Shown here piece after piece: positions 61,790-62,979 of a stretch of DNA of 62,979 bases. Positions within the stretch are counted from its first letter, which is position 1. Each line of letters starts with the position of its first letter. Origin of the DNA: Spirochaetota bacterium (lineage in GTDB: Bacteria; Spirochaetota; Spirochaetia; Treponematales; UBA12059); NCBI GenBank assembly GCA_020048755.1, contig JAIFMD010000029.1, forward strand, positions 1 through 62,979, given 5' to 3'. The position numbers and the translations under genes were made by a program. The notes under the pieces were generated by a model, which was not told the origin of the DNA, did not search any database, and saw only the letters and a program-made list of their open reading frames with translations.

Positions 61790-62730
61790 CCGTATGCCTG
61801 CCCATATGCTTTGAGGAGCGGGTGTCGCTGTCACAGGAAGAGCGGCTTGCCGTGGAGAAACTCATAGCGGAGTGCAGAACAGCTGACCACTTTGATCCCT
61901 GCATGGAATTCGACACGCACCTGAATGCCGACCATGACCTGCCGGCATGGCGCCTGGCCTGGGCTGTGCCATCCGGCACTCCGTCCTGTCAATCGATCAG
62001 CAACTCCACGATTGAACCCCGGGGCTGTCTCCGGATACTCGCAGGAGCAGCATGCGCGTTTGCTCCGCGCCGGTCAGAAGGTGAAATCAGTGCCTGCGTC
62101 CAGCCAGTTTTCAGGCATCAGGGCATCTTCAGGGAGCTGTACCACAGTCTCGCGGACGCTCTGTCCCGTTCGGGTGCAGAGTCAGCCTTGCTTGTCTGCG
62201 AAGGTGCGGCTCCATCAGGCTCTGCCATTGCTGAACGGCTGGGCGCGGTACTGGACCACGGCGAATACCTGATGTCGCTGCCGGGCGACCGGCTCGCGGA
62301 AATCCAGGCGCCCCGGGATTTGCGTCTGGTGCCTGTTACAATGGCAGACCTTGATGAATTTACAGCACTGTCATCTGGTACTTTCAGCGAGCGGCAAGAC
62401 GATGCCAGGGAATTCGCCATCGCGATACTCTCCGATCCTGAACGTGAGCAATTCATGGCGCGCTCGGCCGAGGGAGCCGTCGGTCTGGTAGCCCTGGCCA
62501 GGGAAAATCAGGGTTACATGCTGCACGGCCTCGGTGTTGTTCCGGACTCGCGTGGCAAGGGGCTGGGAGGGGCCATCCTGGATGCTGCCCTCGTCGTACT
62601 CAGGAACCGCGGGGCAACCGATATTTCCCTCGAGGTGGATGTGGACAATCCCGCCGCGCTTGCCCTGTACCGCTCCCGTGGCTTCGTTGAAGTGAGCCGC
62701 GCCGATTACTGGCGTATACACAGTTCATAG
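61786..62730 (+). CDS. Two-domain GNAT-family N-acetyltransferase
   Basis: C-terminal acetyl-CoA motif 'GLGVVPDSRGKGLGGAILDAALVVL...LEVDVDNPAALALYRSRGF'. The N-terminal half is a degenerate GNAT. ATGA overlap with the uvrB stop. Confidence 0.65.
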   Translation: MTVCLPICFEERVSLSQEERLAVEKLIAECRTADHFDPCMEFDTHLNADHDLPAWRLAWAVPSGTPSCQSISNSTIEPRGCLRILAGAACAFAPRRSEGEISACVQPVFRHQGIFRELYHSLADALSRSGAESALLVCEGAAPSGSAIAERLGAVLDHGEYLMSLPGDRLAEIQAPRDLRLVPVTMADLDEFTALSSGTFSERQDDAREFAIAILSDPEREQFMARSAEGAVGLVALARENQGYMLHGLGVVPDSRGKGLGGAILDAALVVLRNRGATDISLEVDVDNPAALALYRSRGFVEVSRADYWRIHSS

Positions 62731-62856
62731 AAACATTATGCGGGTAGGTTCAGAGTAGAACAAAGACTTAGTCTGCCATATTTACAGACTCACCAGGATA
62801 CCCTATGGGTTGTCCATGCGTGCCGGATCTTGCGTCCGGCACCGCGGTGGACGGGA

Positions 62857-62979
62857 TCAGGGAGCCTTGTAGACCACGTATGAGGTTGACCACTCGCCGT
62901 ACTCGGTGGTGGTGATGCCGTTCTCCGTGCTTGCGTAGAATCCACTATCCGGGCCTCCGGTCTTGATATAGAAGACACC
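62857..62979 (-). CDS. 3' end of an unidentified gene running off the window (partial)
   Basis: My own translation of the minus strand: 'GVFYIKTGGPDSGFYASTENGITTTEYGEWSTSYVVYKAP*', open to the window edge with GC-rich third positions. No function can be assigned. Confidence 0.3.
   Translation of the reverse strand, partial: GVFYIKTGGPDSGFYASTENGITTTEYGEWSTSYVVYKAP

Noticed and set aside
62790-62978. A 62-aa minus-strand ORF from the track at the right edge.
   Set aside because: It has a Pro/Arg/Ser/Thr-rich composition. A different minus-strand frame (62857-62979), open to the window edge, gives a more protein-like sequence with GC-rich third positions. Even that is reported only at low confidence.
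1-62979. Defence systems, prophage, IS or transposase genes, toxin-antitoxin pairs, and selenocysteine recoding.
   Set aside because: I found no recognisable nuclease, methylase, reverse transcriptase, integrase or transposase motifs. I noticed no in-frame TGA within an otherwise conserved gene. The only gene disruption seen is the rsmH-like frameshift.

Overview
This is a high-GC (roughly 60%) chromosomal segment whose gene content points to a free-living or treponeme-like spirochaete. The evidence is FlaA followed directly by a RelA/SpoT-TPR small alarmone synthetase, a FliG paralogue with an N-terminal extension, a 'spiro-SPASM'-type protein, a Maf/DUF115 protein and class II RNR NrdJ. Most genes are ordinary housekeeping or accessory metabolism:
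- a muropeptide-recycling operon (MFS, dipeptide epimerase, M20 peptidase);
- a CUT1 sugar ABC locus with a YesM/YesN-type two-component system;
- nrdJ, lepA, uvrB, thiI with a cysteine desulfurase, trxA, a class II photolyase, HtrA, a MocR regulator, a PduO adenosyltransferase and one tRNA-Glu(UUC).

No CRISPR array, IS element, integrase or recognisable phage or defence gene was seen.

The best candidate for an undescribed system is at the left edge (1-3225). A membrane-anchored protein ends in nine perfect-period (Ala-Cys-His-x) 'CXXX' repeats. It is translationally coupled (TTGA overlap) to a radical-SAM/SPASM enzyme with an N-terminal PqqD-like recognition domain, and then to a polytopic membrane protein. 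This looks like RiPP-style chemistry applied to the tail of a full-length membrane protein.

The second candidate is a tightly overlapping seven-gene operon (31301-39449). It links a cytidylyltransferase-radical-SAM/SPASM fusion, SpsF/SpsG(PseG)-like enzymes, a methyltransferase and an ATP-grasp enzyme to a cell-wall amidase, directly upstream of flaA.

Other notable points:
- three families of structured intergenic repeats (16.0 kb and 27.1-27.65 kb);
- a 33-bp palindrome at the nrdJ 5' end;
- an internally deleted, frameshifted rsmH-like gene;
- a low-GC body in a surface lipoprotein gene;
- a FlaA that lacks a signal peptide, behind a consensus sigma70 promoter.

All calls come from reading motifs by eye; no database search was run.
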